Shown here: positions 28,498 to 39,091 of the stretch, one piece after another
Position numbering within the stretch: position 1 is the first letter of the stretch
How the letters are laid out: the number at the start of each line of letters is the position of its first letter
NCBI GenBank assembly: GCA_964483665.1
Contig: CAZACP010000001.1
Location: forward strand, 141,896-205,895
Source of the DNA: an uncultured Candidatus Saccharibacteria bacterium
Lineage (GTDB): Bacteria > Patescibacteriota > Doudnabacteria > UBA920
Reading direction: 5' to 3'
DNA: 64,000 bases
Program-made: the position numbers and the translations under genes
The notes under the pieces: model-generated
What the model was told of the DNA's origin: nothing
Databases searched by the model: none
The model's input: the letters and a program-made list of their open reading frames with translations, nothing else

Positions 28498-30687
28498 TCA
28501 TTTCTTTACTACCATACCCCAAAACCTATCTTGATTCAAGTCTGAGTTTATTGTAGTTTTTCCGAAAGCGTCAAAATTTTGGTCAAAACTTTTCCATAAA
28601 ATACCAAAGTTGTCAAAATTTAGATTATATTCAACTTTAAAAGTATTTGCTCCGGGTTGTTTTTGCAATAGCAGGCTAAAGCGGTCTAAATTTTGCAAAG
28701 CGAAGGGCAGTTTATAAACAATTTTAACCGATCTTTTTTGTCCTCCTTTAACTGTTAGCCAGTTGCCAAAAAAAGTTTTTCCCGATTCCTCGCCAATTAG
28801 CGTGCCGGTAATAACATCTTTAACTAGCCTTGAGTCCCACGCCAGACCGTCGGGATCAAATTTAAAGTTTTTGGAATCCAACGGTTCTATATTTTTATAG
28901 TCAAAACCGGTAACAGAAATTAGCTTTGAATTTTTTGGCACCAATACCCTTATAAACCTGGTATTATGAGTATGTTCAAGATCCGGCAAACGATTTTCAA
29001 AAGTCATAATTAATTCATTGCTAATACTGCCATCTGAATCTATTTTGCTGGAAAGTTTAAGCGTTTGGTCAACAAACAGGTCGCTCTTAGTGCCGCCTAA
29101 ATTACTGGATACAACTTCCAAATAGTCCCTGTCTGAATCCAAAATTTCCCCAGTCCAGTTGAACTTTGAAAATTCGGTCTGCAAACTCGGGTGACGGGAG
29201 TAAAAAATTAATTGTTTCGACATTAAATTGTTAAAAACAATACTTAGCAAGCCGTCTAGTTTTTCAATATTTAAGGACCCGAGTCTTTGTAAAAGCACCG
29301 GCATTAAATCCGCTAAAAATTGTTTGGGCTGGTTTTCCGGCGTGTCGTTTGACATTGTGGTTAAAACTTGGGTTTGTTCTACAAAATTTTCCGATGTCAA
29401 AACTACCCCATATTTCGGCATATTTACCTCCCCTGTTAGTTTTAATAAATCAACTATAATATTGGGAGTGAGCGCAACAATAATGTCGGGGGTTTCACCT
29501 CCTTCTTTTTCATAAAACTCTGTAATTTTTTTAGCAGAAAAAGGAAAATGGGCAAACCAGTTACTGTCCCTTAAGTACCAGCGGTCATTAACAGCTAACA
29601 GCGGCAGTGGCGGAACAACTTTTTCTGAAAGCTGTCCGTCTAAATCGTAAATGCTGCCCATACGAGTTTTTGAAATTTTGCCGTTTGATTGCTTAAGCGC
29701 TGCAAAACTCCCAATAAACCCGCCACCCGGCCTTAACTCGTTGTTATTTTGCATTACCAGCAAAATGTCCGGTGCTTTTAATAGGCTTTGGGCAAATAAG
29801 CCGTATATTTCGTTTAAGGCGCTAAAAGTTTCAGCGCTTTTTTTAATTTGACCTGAAATTTCTAAAAATTGCGACCTGTTGTCTTTTGGAACGCTGTCTA
29901 AGCTTACAGAACCAATTAAATTACTGGCAATTTTTAAATTTTGAGAAGCCAGATTTAAATGCGAGGCACTTTCTAAAATTATAGTTTTATTTTCTTCGGA
30001 AGAAGAAATTCCTTCGGCGGTGAATTTAAGCCTTTTTAAAGCGTTATAAAAATTTAAAGAACTCGCGCCGGCCTGGGAAAGCTCGGAGGAACTGTCAATA
30101 ATTTTTTTACCGTCAGAACCTTCGGGCAACAACGAAATTAATAATTTTAATTCTGCTCCGGAGTCGCTAATTTGTTTTTGCGCCAACGAAAAGCTTTTGT
30201 AAGCCTTAGCAAAATTGGAAAAAGCATTATTTGGGTCGCCTGAGCTAAGAAAGTTTTTAGCCTCGGTTAGGTCTTTTTGGCCTTGCCCAAAAAGACCCAG
30301 GACATTTTCTTTTAATACAATCCCTGTCGCAAAAATTTTAAAGCCGGTTAAAAGCAAAACAAGAAAAATACTGCTCAAAATTAAACCGAAACTATTCGTT
30401 AAAAAGTTGCGCGAAAAAAATAGTCTTGAACGCATTTTTAAATGCTTCGAGGTATTTAAAAACTCAAAACAAAGCATTTTATAAATCTTATGTATTACTA
30501 AAAGCAGCCAGTGTCCTGTTAAATAGCATAGCCCTATTATTCCGAAAACTAAAATCTCAAAAATTCTTACTAACTTCAGACGGATTTTTTTAAAAAGGCT
30601 GGTTTTAAAAGGAAGTTCAGGCTGGTGATAAAAATTTTTGTGAAAGTAAATTCTAAATTTTTTCATATTATTTGGACTGTTTGGCAA
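28498..30687 (-). CDS. large membrane-anchored extracytoplasmic protein (729 aa), possibly DUF4012-like
   Basis: N-terminal TM segments then a large soluble domain. Sits between murJ and ftsW. Confidence 0.55.
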   Translation of the reverse strand: MPNSPNNMKKFRIYFHKNFYHQPELPFKTSLFKKIRLKLVRIFEILVFGIIGLCYLTGHWLLLVIHKIYKMLCFEFLNTSKHLKMRSRLFFSRNFLTNSFGLILSSIFLVLLLTGFKIFATGIVLKENVLGLFGQGQKDLTEAKNFLSSGDPNNAFSNFAKAYKSFSLAQKQISDSGAELKLLISLLPEGSDGKKIIDSSSELSQAGASSLNFYNALKRLKFTAEGISSSEENKTIILESASHLNLASQNLKIASNLIGSVSLDSVPKDNRSQFLEISGQIKKSAETFSALNEIYGLFAQSLLKAPDILLVMQNNNELRPGGGFIGSFAALKQSNGKISKTRMGSIYDLDGQLSEKVVPPLPLLAVNDRWYLRDSNWFAHFPFSAKKITEFYEKEGGETPDIIVALTPNIIVDLLKLTGEVNMPKYGVVLTSENFVEQTQVLTTMSNDTPENQPKQFLADLMPVLLQRLGSLNIEKLDGLLSIVFNNLMSKQLIFYSRHPSLQTEFSKFNWTGEILDSDRDYLEVVSSNLGGTKSDLFVDQTLKLSSKIDSDGSISNELIMTFENRLPDLEHTHNTRFIRVLVPKNSKLISVTGFDYKNIEPLDSKNFKFDPDGLAWDSRLVKDVITGTLIGEESGKTFFGNWLTVKGGQKRSVKIVYKLPFALQNLDRFSLLLQKQPGANTFKVEYNLNFDNFGILWKSFDQNFDAFGKTTINSDLNQDRFWGMVVKK

Positions 30688-31780
30688 TGTTTAGCAAAAT
30701 ACCCATTGCAGCCAAATTTGAAATCAAAGCTGTGCTACCGTACGAAAAAAATGGCAAAGGAATACCGGTCAAGGGCATAAGCCCGGTTAAAGCAGAAATG
30801 TTGACTATTGCCTGAACAGAAATCCAGGCGGTAAGCCCTACGGCAAGCATATGGCCAAACATATCAGGCGAATTTTTTGAAATTTTGAGACCCTTTAGGG
30901 CCAGTGCCAAAAATCCAAAAATAACAAAAATGACTCTAAAAAAACCAAGCTCTTCCGCAGTTACCGCGAAAATTGAGTCTGTGTAACTTGCGGGTAAATA
31001 ATTGTATTTTTGCCTGGAGAGTCCGTATCCATAGCCCCATTCTCCCCCTGCGCCTATGCCTAAAAGCGATTGATTTACCTGATAACCTATTCCCCTGGGG
31101 TCAAAATCCGGGTTTAAAAATGTTAAAAGCCTTTCTGCCCGGTACGGCTCAAAATGAATGAATAAGTATAACAAAATAAATAGAGCAAAAAAACCGATAG
31201 TTAAATGTTTCCAAGAAAGCCCTCCGGCAAACAGCATAATACAGGCAATGGCAATAATCACAAACATTGTCCCAAAGTCAGGCTGCCAGAGTATTAGAAA
31301 CGAAATTAAGCCTACAACTACCAAACTTGGCAGTAGCCCATGCCAAAAATCATGCAAAATTTCCTTTTTTCTCTCCAGCCAAGCAGCCATATACACAATT
31401 ATGGTAATTTTAGCCAGTTCAGAAGGTTGAAAAGAAAACGGTCCCAGTTTTAACCACCGGCTAGCGCCTCCGGCGCTAAAACTTAAGTCAGAAAATTTAA
31501 CCAAAAACAACAAAATTAAACTTGAGGCTAAAAGAATAGGTAAAAGTTTTTTAAATATATGATAATCAACCTTATACAGCACAAACATTGCTAAAAGGCC
31601 AATTACAGCTCCAAATTTAATTTGATGAATAATATACCTGGTTGTATCGCCAAAATTATTATAGGACTCGACAGTTGAAGCTGAGTAAAGCGTAATTAGT
31701 CCAAAACTAAGTAAAAAACCTATTATAAGTAGGAGTTGAAGGTCTATAGATTTTTTTGACTTGCTTAAGAATGAACGCAT
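30668..31780 (-). CDS. ftsW: SEDS-family peptidoglycan glycosyltransferase FtsW/RodA
   Basis: 10-TM SEDS protein with conserved loops (PSELAKI, GSTALISNLAA). Confidence 0.85.
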   Translation of the reverse strand: MRSFLSKSKKSIDLQLLLIIGFLLSFGLITLYSASTVESYNNFGDTTRYIIHQIKFGAVIGLLAMFVLYKVDYHIFKKLLPILLASSLILLFLVKFSDLSFSAGGASRWLKLGPFSFQPSELAKITIIVYMAAWLERKKEILHDFWHGLLPSLVVVGLISFLILWQPDFGTMFVIIAIACIMLFAGGLSWKHLTIGFFALFILLYLFIHFEPYRAERLLTFLNPDFDPRGIGYQVNQSLLGIGAGGEWGYGYGLSRQKYNYLPASYTDSIFAVTAEELGFFRVIFVIFGFLALALKGLKISKNSPDMFGHMLAVGLTAWISVQAIVNISALTGLMPLTGIPLPFFSYGSTALISNLAAMGILLNIAKQSK

Positions 31781-33168
31781 TAGTATGTTGTTACTAAATT
31801 TTTAAACTGCTCTCCCCTGTCTTTATAATTTTTGAACATTCCAAAACTTGCGCAGGCTGGCGAGAGTAAAACAACATCGCCCGCCAATGCTGAAAGCTTT
31901 ATCTGGTCAAAAATTTGCTCCATGTTTTTTGCGCCCTCCAAAAAGCCGGAAAAGCTGTTGCCTTCTGCTGTAATTGCCGATTTTATTCGGCCAGCTTCCT
32001 CGCCTACCAAAATTATACTCTTAATGTTTTTTGCATTCTTAACGGTTTTGCCAAGCTCTGTAAAATCCGAATTCTTGCTTGAGCCGCCCAAAATAAGTAT
32101 TAAGGGTTCCTTAAAAGAATTTATTGCGGCTACGGCAGTTTCGGGCGTGGTGGAAAACGAATCATTGTAAAATTTTACTCCGTTTTTTTCCAAAACAAAT
32201 TCCAAGCGGTGTTCCAGCCCCTTAAACTCTGAAATTGCTGATTGTAAAACATTGGAATTTTTTATTCCCGCAGCTAAACAGGCGCCGATAGATGCCTCTA
32301 TGTTTTCAAGGTTGTGCGCTCCTTTTAGTTGGTAGTTGTTAGTAGGCAGCTGGTAGCTTGCGCCAAGGACATTCTTAACAAAAATTTCGTTATCTTTAAT
32401 ATAAATCCCGCTTTCTAGTTCCTTTTGCCGGCTGAAAAATATTTTGCTTCCATTACCTTGCTGCCCAATAAAAACAGACGAGGGAAAATCTGCATTAACA
32501 ATTGCAAAATCACTCTGCTTTTGGTATTTAACTATTGAAGATTTTGCCTCAATATATTCCTCTAAATTTTTATGGTAATCAAGATGCTCGCTCGTAACCA
32601 TTAAGACAACTCCAATATGCGGGCTTTTTGTTAAATCCTGCAGTTGAAAGCTGGATAGTTCGTAAACCACCCAGTCGTCTGGCTTTAAATCATCAATAAT
32701 CTCCAAGGCTTGTGTTTTGCCAATGTTGCCGGTCAGGTAAATTTTGGATTTACGATTTCCGATTTTAGATTGAGCCTGAAGAATTTTATAAATAAGCGAG
32801 GTTGTAGTTCCTTTCCCTTTTGTCCCGGTCACGCCGATAATTTTGCCGGGACAGTTGTCAAAAAAAAATTTTGTCTGACTTGTGATCAGCTGTTTGTTAT
32901 TGGTTACCACTTTACTAAGCGGTATGCCAGGACTACGAAAAACCACATCAAAACCCGCCAATTCTTTAAACGCATCTGGTCCAAAAATAAAATTTATATT
33001 TAAAGATTTAATTTCCGATTGCTCTTTTAAAGACCATTCCTCCCACGGGCGCTGATCAAACAGCACGGGTTTTATGCCGTGCTTAAGTAAGTAATTTAGT
33101 GTTGCGCGGCCTTCTAGTCCAAAGCCTAATATTGCAACTTGCTTGTTATATAGTTCTGTGAGATTCAT
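31780..33168 (-). CDS. murD: UDP-N-acetylmuramoylalanine--D-glutamate ligase
   Basis: Mur ligase P-loop GVTGTKGKGTT; three-domain Mur ligase layout. Confidence 0.9.
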   Translation of the reverse strand: MNLTELYNKQVAILGFGLEGRATLNYLLKHGIKPVLFDQRPWEEWSLKEQSEIKSLNINFIFGPDAFKELAGFDVVFRSPGIPLSKVVTNNKQLITSQTKFFFDNCPGKIIGVTGTKGKGTTTSLIYKILQAQSKIGNRKSKIYLTGNIGKTQALEIIDDLKPDDWVVYELSSFQLQDLTKSPHIGVVLMVTSEHLDYHKNLEEYIEAKSSIVKYQKQSDFAIVNADFPSSVFIGQQGNGSKIFFSRQKELESGIYIKDNEIFVKNVLGASYQLPTNNYQLKGAHNLENIEASIGACLAAGIKNSNVLQSAISEFKGLEHRLEFVLEKNGVKFYNDSFSTTPETAVAAINSFKEPLILILGGSSKNSDFTELGKTVKNAKNIKSIILVGEEAGRIKSAITAEGNSFSGFLEGAKNMEQIFDQIKLSALAGDVVLLSPACASFGMFKNYKDRGEQFKNLVTTY

Positions 33169-33170
33169 GC

Positions 33171-34742
33171 TTATTTTTTCTTTAGCGCTTTGCCCCCCAT
33201 TTCAGAGGTTAGTTTACCTTCGACAACTTCCGCAATTCCGTTAACAAAAACATAATTTATTCCTTCTGAATACTGGTAAGGGTTTTCGTAAGTGGCTTTG
33301 TCGGATATATTATTTTCATCAAAAATTACCAAGTCGGCCTTGTAGCCTACTTTTATACATCCGCGGTCAGGAATCCCCAGTTTTAGAGCCGGGCCTAAAG
33401 TTAACTTATTAACAGCTTCTTCTAAAGTAAGTTTTTCAGTAGCTTTGGCTAGCTTTAAAAATTTTGGGGCGCTACCAAAACAGCGTGGATGAACTAGTTT
33501 GTTCTTTTGGTTAATTCCGAAACCGCCGCCGTCTGTGCCAACAAAGCCCAAAGGGTGCATTAGAAGTTCTAAAACATCGGGCTCGCTTAAATTCTTTTCA
33601 AACACTAAAATTTCGCTACCGGCATTTTCTAAAATATGCAAAACAGCCGCCTCGGAAGAGATTTCTAAATTTTTTGCAACCTGGCCAATAGTTTTTCCTA
33701 AAAACTGTAACCGGTTCCCGCTCGAAGCAATAATTATATCTGCCCACTTTGTCTCAGTGCTATTTAGGTAAGCTAAAATTTTATTTTTTTGCACCGAGTC
33801 GGAAAAATGCTTAAGCATTAAACTTCTTCCCCCTTCAATAGCCCATTTGGGCAAATACGAATACAAAGGCTGCCAAGTTGTGTCATACGGGTAAACATCA
33901 AAGTGCACCTTTAAGCCTTTGTGGTAAGCGGTTTCTAAAAGAGAAACCATATGCGCGTGGTTTTTCCAATTAGAAGCACCTCGGGTTTTTAAGTGGGAAA
34001 TTTTTAAGTTTAAGTCGGTTGACCTGGCTATTTCCAAAACCTCTTCCAGAGATTCAATAATTTCAGCGCCTTCACCTCTCAAATGCACTGAAAACAAAGC
34101 TTTGTTTTCTGCCACTATTTTAGCGAGTTCTAAAAGCTCAATTTGCGAAATGATTATTTCGTGCGCGTACGAAAGTCCGCTACTTAGCCCGAATGCGCCG
34201 GCGGCCAAAGAATCTTTAAGTATTTTTTTCAGGCTTTCAAGCTCAGGCTTTTCCAAAGCCCTGACTTCGTCTCCGACTATTCCGCGGCGGAGAGTTCCGT
34301 AACCAACCAAACTGACTATATTGCAGCCAAACTTTTTTTGAGACAAAACCTGCAAAAATTCAGAAAAAGTTTGCCAATTAAAGTTAACCCCTTCTAAACT
34401 ATGCCATTTTTGTATAGCTAGCAGGCTTTGACTGGAAAGAAGCGGCGCCAAACTGGCCCCACATTGTCCGACTGCAATAGTAGTAAACCCCTGGGAAACT
34501 AGGCTGTTCAGGCCGGGGTTGTCAAAAAGCTGCCAGTAACTGTCGCTGTGATTTTGAATATCTATAAATCCCGGGGCTAAAACTTGGCCTTTAGCATCAA
34601 TTATACTATGTGCTCCGCCGGGAATATTTTTTGCAATATTTACAATCTCTTCTTTTTCCACCGCTACGTCTAACAATTGTTCTGAAGTTTTTTTGCCGCT
34701 ACCGTCTATAACTTTTGCATTTTTTATTATTAGAGAATACAT
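33171..34742 (-). CDS. amidohydrolase-superfamily N-acyl-D-amino-acid deacylase (D-aminoacylase)-like
   Basis: N-terminal IKNAKVIDGSG, metal-binding His patterns of D-aminoacylases, C-terminal beta-domain. Confidence 0.7.
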   Translation of the reverse strand: MYSLIIKNAKVIDGSGKKTSEQLLDVAVEKEEIVNIAKNIPGGAHSIIDAKGQVLAPGFIDIQNHSDSYWQLFDNPGLNSLVSQGFTTIAVGQCGASLAPLLSSQSLLAIQKWHSLEGVNFNWQTFSEFLQVLSQKKFGCNIVSLVGYGTLRRGIVGDEVRALEKPELESLKKILKDSLAAGAFGLSSGLSYAHEIIISQIELLELAKIVAENKALFSVHLRGEGAEIIESLEEVLEIARSTDLNLKISHLKTRGASNWKNHAHMVSLLETAYHKGLKVHFDVYPYDTTWQPLYSYLPKWAIEGGRSLMLKHFSDSVQKNKILAYLNSTETKWADIIIASSGNRLQFLGKTIGQVAKNLEISSEAAVLHILENAGSEILVFEKNLSEPDVLELLMHPLGFVGTDGGGFGINQKNKLVHPRCFGSAPKFLKLAKATEKLTLEEAVNKLTLGPALKLGIPDRGCIKVGYKADLVIFDENNISDKATYENPYQYSEGINYVFVNGIAEVVEGKLTSEMGGKALKKK

Positions 34743-34757
34743 ATTTGTATTTTAAAT

Positions 34758-35795
34758 TTAACCTACAAAATAAATTATGACGCCGAGTATTCCAAAAACC
34801 GCGGAAAGGATCCAAAAACGCATGGTAATTTTTGTTTCAGGCCAGCCAAGGGCTTCTAAATGGTGGTGAAGCGGCGCGGACAAAAATATTTTCTTTTTAA
34901 AAAACTTTTTGTAAAATATTTGCGAAACTGTAGAAAATGCCTCAATTAAAAATATTAATCCTATTAGTGGGAGCAGCAATATTGAGTTAGTTAAAAAAGC
35001 CACAATCGCCAAAAGCACGCCCATTCCCATCGCACCCGTGTCCCCCATAAAAAAACGAGCTGGGTGAACATTAAACCACAAAAATGCTAAAAGACTTCCG
35101 CAAACAACTGCAATCATAGCCGCTAAATTTTCTTTTCCTTGAGTATAGGCAATGAGCCCGTAAGCAAAAAAAGAAATTAAAAGCGTTCCGCCTGCCAAAC
35201 CATCAAGCCCGTCTGTTAAATCGACCGCGAAACTTGTCCCCACTACTACCAAAACAAAAAATGGGATAAATAACCAGCCTAAGTCATAAGTGCTAAAAAA
35301 AGGAACATGGACTGAGGTAAAATCTAGTTTATGATAAAACCACCAAGCTCCTATTAAAGCAACAGCCGCGTACAGCCAAATTTTGTATCGAAATCTTAAA
35401 CCCTGACCGTTATGCCCAATTTTTTTAACATCCAGCCAGTCATCCAAAAGCCCAACTAGAGAGGCTCCTAAAAACGCTCCTAAAGGCAATAGGGTTTCTT
35501 TACGGGTCAAGAAATTTAAACTGTGAAAGTACGAAATCTTTAAAATCCTATCTAAGACCCAAAACAAACAAAGTAAAAATATTGTGGTCCCCCAGACCAA
35601 AATACCGCCCATGGTCGGGGTTCCCGCTTTAGCAGCATGCATTTTAGTGTAAAGAGGGGTACTTCCGTCACTGCGAATATTTTTTCCAAGGCGTTTTTTG
35701 TAAAGAAAATTGCTTAATATCGGGGTAGAAAGAAGAGCTAAAAAGAAACTGATGGTTGCGAGTGTTAAAATTTTTGTTAAAGCAAACTGATCCAT
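34758..35795 (-). CDS. mraY: phospho-N-acetylmuramoyl-pentapeptide transferase
   Basis: Polytopic membrane protein with conserved MraY DD and HHH motifs (LDDWLD; APLHHHLE). Confidence 0.9.
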   Translation of the reverse strand: MDQFALTKILTLATISFFLALLSTPILSNFLYKKRLGKNIRSDGSTPLYTKMHAAKAGTPTMGGILVWGTTIFLLCLFWVLDRILKISYFHSLNFLTRKETLLPLGAFLGASLVGLLDDWLDVKKIGHNGQGLRFRYKIWLYAAVALIGAWWFYHKLDFTSVHVPFFSTYDLGWLFIPFFVLVVVGTSFAVDLTDGLDGLAGGTLLISFFAYGLIAYTQGKENLAAMIAVVCGSLLAFLWFNVHPARFFMGDTGAMGMGVLLAIVAFLTNSILLLPLIGLIFLIEAFSTVSQIFYKKFFKKKIFLSAPLHHHLEALGWPETKITMRFWILSAVFGILGVIIYFVG

Positions 35796-35847
35796 TATAT
35801 ATGAGCAATAAAGGTTAATTCCGTAAAATTATTTTACCACAAAGGGC

Positions 35848-36819
35848 TTAAAAATCCAAATTTCGAATTTCAGTTTTTAAAGTACTGTTTAAAACAGCTT
35901 CTCTTAAATTAAGCGTATCTTTTTCGCGCTCCGGACTATGCAGAACAATTAAGGCTATTTCGCCTAAGCCGGAATCTATAACCGTAGCCATTGAGCCTAA
36001 TGATTCCTTTGTGTAACCTGTTTTTATAGCCAAAATATCCTGATATTTGTTAAGCAGCTTGTTAGTGGCTTTAATTTTATAACTATTTCCGCTTAAAGAA
36101 GTAAACTCGATGCTGGTTTTTCTGGCTAGATTCTTAAAAGCCGGGAGACTAAATACTTTAGTTATAAGAATTTTTAAATCTGAAACGGTGGAAAAATTTT
36201 GCATGCTGTCAAATCCGGCCGGATTGCTAAACGAAGTATCGAGCATGCCCAATTCGGCTGCGGTTTTATTCATTTCTTCTATAAAATTTTTTTGTGTCGA
36301 ATTTTCGTAAAATTGAGCTAACGCAAAAGCGGAATCGTTTGCAGATCCTATTATCATGGAGTCAAACAGATCCTGAACCAAAATACGGTCCTTGAAGGTC
36401 AAGTTGAGCTTGGGTGAAACTTGCCAAAAAGTTCTTGGGTAAACTTCCGCAGTTTCTTTAAAATTTAAGTTTTTATAGGCTACATAGCCGGTCATAAGTT
36501 TAGTAAGGCTTGCTATTGGGAGCTTTTCATAGGAATTCTTTTCAGAAAAGATTTGGCCGCTTTTTAAAGAAAATACCATATAACTTTTAGCTTTAATTTT
36601 GCCGGACAGATTCTCGGGCAGGCTTATTTCGTACTCACTAGCTAATTGAGGCTCGTTTACTCCGCGGGCATTAATTTGCGCGCCTAAAATTTGTCCATTG
36701 CTTGGACTTTGAGCCACCAAAGCTGGTTTAATTGGCCAATTTAGCCTAATAACAAAGCCTAATATTCCAAAAAGAACTAAAATGCCTATGTATTTAAAAT
36801 TTGTTTGTTTTAGTATCAT
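35848..36819 (-). CDS. D-alanyl-D-alanine carboxypeptidase (peptidase S11, PBP5-like)
   Basis: SxxK (ASLTKLMT), SGN and KTG motifs; N-terminal signal anchor. Confidence 0.8.
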   Translation of the reverse strand: MILKQTNFKYIGILVLFGILGFVIRLNWPIKPALVAQSPSNGQILGAQINARGVNEPQLASEYEISLPENLSGKIKAKSYMVFSLKSGQIFSEKNSYEKLPIASLTKLMTGYVAYKNLNFKETAEVYPRTFWQVSPKLNLTFKDRILVQDLFDSMIIGSANDSAFALAQFYENSTQKNFIEEMNKTAAELGMLDTSFSNPAGFDSMQNFSTVSDLKILITKVFSLPAFKNLARKTSIEFTSLSGNSYKIKATNKLLNKYQDILAIKTGYTKESLGSMATVIDSGLGEIALIVLHSPEREKDTLNLREAVLNSTLKTEIRNLDF

Positions 36820-36931
36820 TGACTTGGTAAATTACCCTGAATTTATTATAGCAATTGACAGCATTTAATTTTGTGGATAATATTAATAAGCGCTTAAATC
36901 ATTACTTACAATTAGCATTAACCTAAAATAT

Positions 36932-37252
36932 ATGAGCGAAATAAAAGTAGACGAACAAAATTTTGAAAAAGAGGTAATTAAATCAGAAACCCCTGTCTTA
37001 GTTGATTTCTGGGCCGAATGGTGCGGTCCTTGCAAAGCCCTGGGCCCAATAATTGCTCAATTAGCTGAAGAGTATCAGGGCAAACTGAAGGTTGGAAAGC
37101 TGAATGTCGATGAAAATAACAATTTAGCCATGCAGTATGGCGTTATGAGTATTCCCACAATGAAATTTTTTAAGAACGGAAAAGTTGTCGCCGAATTAAT
37201 AGGCGCTCAGCCGAAGCAAAACATTCAGGAAGTTATAAAAACCGTAATCTAA
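36932..37252 (+). CDS. trxA: thioredoxin
   Basis: WCGPC active site; 106 aa. One of the few plus-strand genes. Confidence 0.95.
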   Translation: MSEIKVDEQNFEKEVIKSETPVLVDFWAEWCGPCKALGPIIAQLAEEYQGKLKVGKLNVDENNNLAMQYGVMSIPTMKFFKNGKVVAELIGAQPKQNIQEVIKTVI

Positions 37253-37253
37253 T

Positions 37254-37283
37254 TAAAAAACCCTCCTAACTGGAGGGTTTTAA
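37254..37283. terminator. bidirectional rho-independent terminator (aaaaccctcc-taac-tggagggtttt)
   Basis: 10-bp stem with flanking A/T runs, between convergent trxA (+) and the minus-strand ATPase gene. Confidence 0.7.
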
Positions 37284-37288
37284 AATAT

Positions 37289-39079
37289 CTAAATACTTAT
37301 TGGTTTGTTAGGAAGCAATACTTTTCTTTGAGTACTCTGCTGAGAATTTATGCTTGAGGGGCTCGGAGTTAGGGTTTCAGGCTTTGTTAGAAGGCTTTCC
37401 ATAGCCTGCCCAACCTTTTCCCCTATTTCTGCATTTTTCTGGTTTTGTGCGTCAGTAACTGTTTGCCAGATTGGATTTTCCTTTTTATGTGGCTTTTCTT
37501 TAGCCTTGTGCCTAAAGATTTTTTCCCTATCGAAACGTTTTTGTTTCTGACCTGAATTTTCGTTTTTAAAAGAAGTTTCTTTTTTTTCAAAGCTGTTGGC
37601 TTTGACTATTTCAATGTTTTCATTTTGAGGTACAGGCTGTGCTGGCAGAATCTTTTGCGGAATTTCTTCTGCTACCGCCTTAATACTTTGGTTTAAAGCC
37701 GAAGAATTAGTTAAATCCTGTTTTGGGACCGAAAGTTCGTTTGTTTCGACTAAAGAGGTCTGCATGGCGGATTCTTGATGGAATTCGGCTCCCATCCACC
37801 TGCTAATTTTTTCCTCAACCTCAAAAACAGGATTCGCATATCTTTCCCTTGAAACTTTAATGACTTTTTCTGAAGCATTAGTCAAATAAGCGTCGTTGGG
37901 AGCTAAAGTTACTGCGGAAAACGGCTCGCTTGCCATTCCGTTTATCATAAGCCTTAAAACAATATGATACTTAGGCAAGTTAACCAGGTCATTTGGAGTA
38001 AAAGTCGGCTCAAATTCGGTTTCCATAAATTCAGCGTCAGCCGCACCAATTCTAAATACAACAATGGTTCCAACGTTGCCAAAAATTGCATCCCTGACTT
38101 TAGTATTTTTGTCTTGCTCAAGCTGGGCTATGTATTGATGCCCAACAATTAAATTTAAGCGGTATTTGCGAGCCTCACTTAATATGGTTGCGAAACTGTC
38201 GGTTGCAAAATTTTGAAACTCGTCTACATATAAATAAAAGTCTTTTCTTTCGTTTTCAGGAATGTCTGTTCTGGACATAGCGGCAAGCTGCAGCTTGGTT
38301 ACTATCATAGCGCCCAAAAGGGCAGAGTTATCTTCCCCTACTTTGCCCTTAGAAAGGTCCATAATCAAAATTTTGTTCTGATCCATTATTTCTCGTAAAT
38401 CTATAGTACTTTTTGGCTGGCCAACTATATTTCTAATTATTCCGCTGCTTAAAAATTGACCTACCTTGTTTTGTATAGGCGCGATTGCTTCTGTCCTGTA
38501 TTTTTCGTTGTAATTTGCAAACTCGTCTACCCAAAAACTTTTTACTACCGGGTCCTTAATATTATCAACAATTTTTTTTCTATATTTTTTGTCAACATAC
38601 ATTCTGGTTATACCTAAAAGCGTATTTCCCGGGCTGTCGAGCAACGCCAAAACTGTGTTGTTTAAAATGTACTCCATTCTGGCTGACCAAAGGTTTGCCC
38701 AAATTTTGGTAAAAACACCCATAAGTCCGCTAGCGACCAAATGTTTATACTTTGCATCAACTGCCTCCAGAATATTAAAAGCCACGGGGAATTCCAAATC
38801 CGCGGGGTTAAAATATACAACATCATTTACACGGCTGGGCGGGATGCAGTTTAAAATTCTTTGAACCGAGTCCCCGTGAGGGTCTAAAAAGGCAATGCCG
38901 TGTCCGTTGCGGATATCTTGAATGGCCATATTTTCCATCATGCTGGTTTTGCCCATGCCTGTTTTACCAATTAAATACATATGCCTTCTTCTGTCATCGG
39001 TTTTTATGCCAAAAGGCACTTCCTTGTTGCGGAAGTTAGTTTTCGCAAATACTGTAATTTTGCTTTCGTGCTCACTCAT
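37289..39079 (-). CDS. TraD/VirD4/TrwB-like (type IV coupling-protein-type) P-loop ATPase with a disordered Q/S/K-rich C-terminal tail
   Basis: Walker A LIGKTGMGKT, Walker B region DEFQNF, and the AFLDPHGD motif typical of TraD/TraG/FtsK-HerA-like DNA-translocase ATPases. No TM segments. Confidence 0.6.
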   Translation of the reverse strand: MSEHESKITVFAKTNFRNKEVPFGIKTDDRRRHMYLIGKTGMGKTSMMENMAIQDIRNGHGIAFLDPHGDSVQRILNCIPPSRVNDVVYFNPADLEFPVAFNILEAVDAKYKHLVASGLMGVFTKIWANLWSARMEYILNNTVLALLDSPGNTLLGITRMYVDKKYRKKIVDNIKDPVVKSFWVDEFANYNEKYRTEAIAPIQNKVGQFLSSGIIRNIVGQPKSTIDLREIMDQNKILIMDLSKGKVGEDNSALLGAMIVTKLQLAAMSRTDIPENERKDFYLYVDEFQNFATDSFATILSEARKYRLNLIVGHQYIAQLEQDKNTKVRDAIFGNVGTIVVFRIGAADAEFMETEFEPTFTPNDLVNLPKYHIVLRLMINGMASEPFSAVTLAPNDAYLTNASEKVIKVSRERYANPVFEVEEKISRWMGAEFHQESAMQTSLVETNELSVPKQDLTNSSALNQSIKAVAEEIPQKILPAQPVPQNENIEIVKANSFEKKETSFKNENSGQKQKRFDREKIFRHKAKEKPHKKENPIWQTVTDAQNQKNAEIGEKVGQAMESLLTKPETLTPSPSSINSQQSTQRKVLLPNKPISI

Positions 39080-39091
39080 ATAAATATGGTA

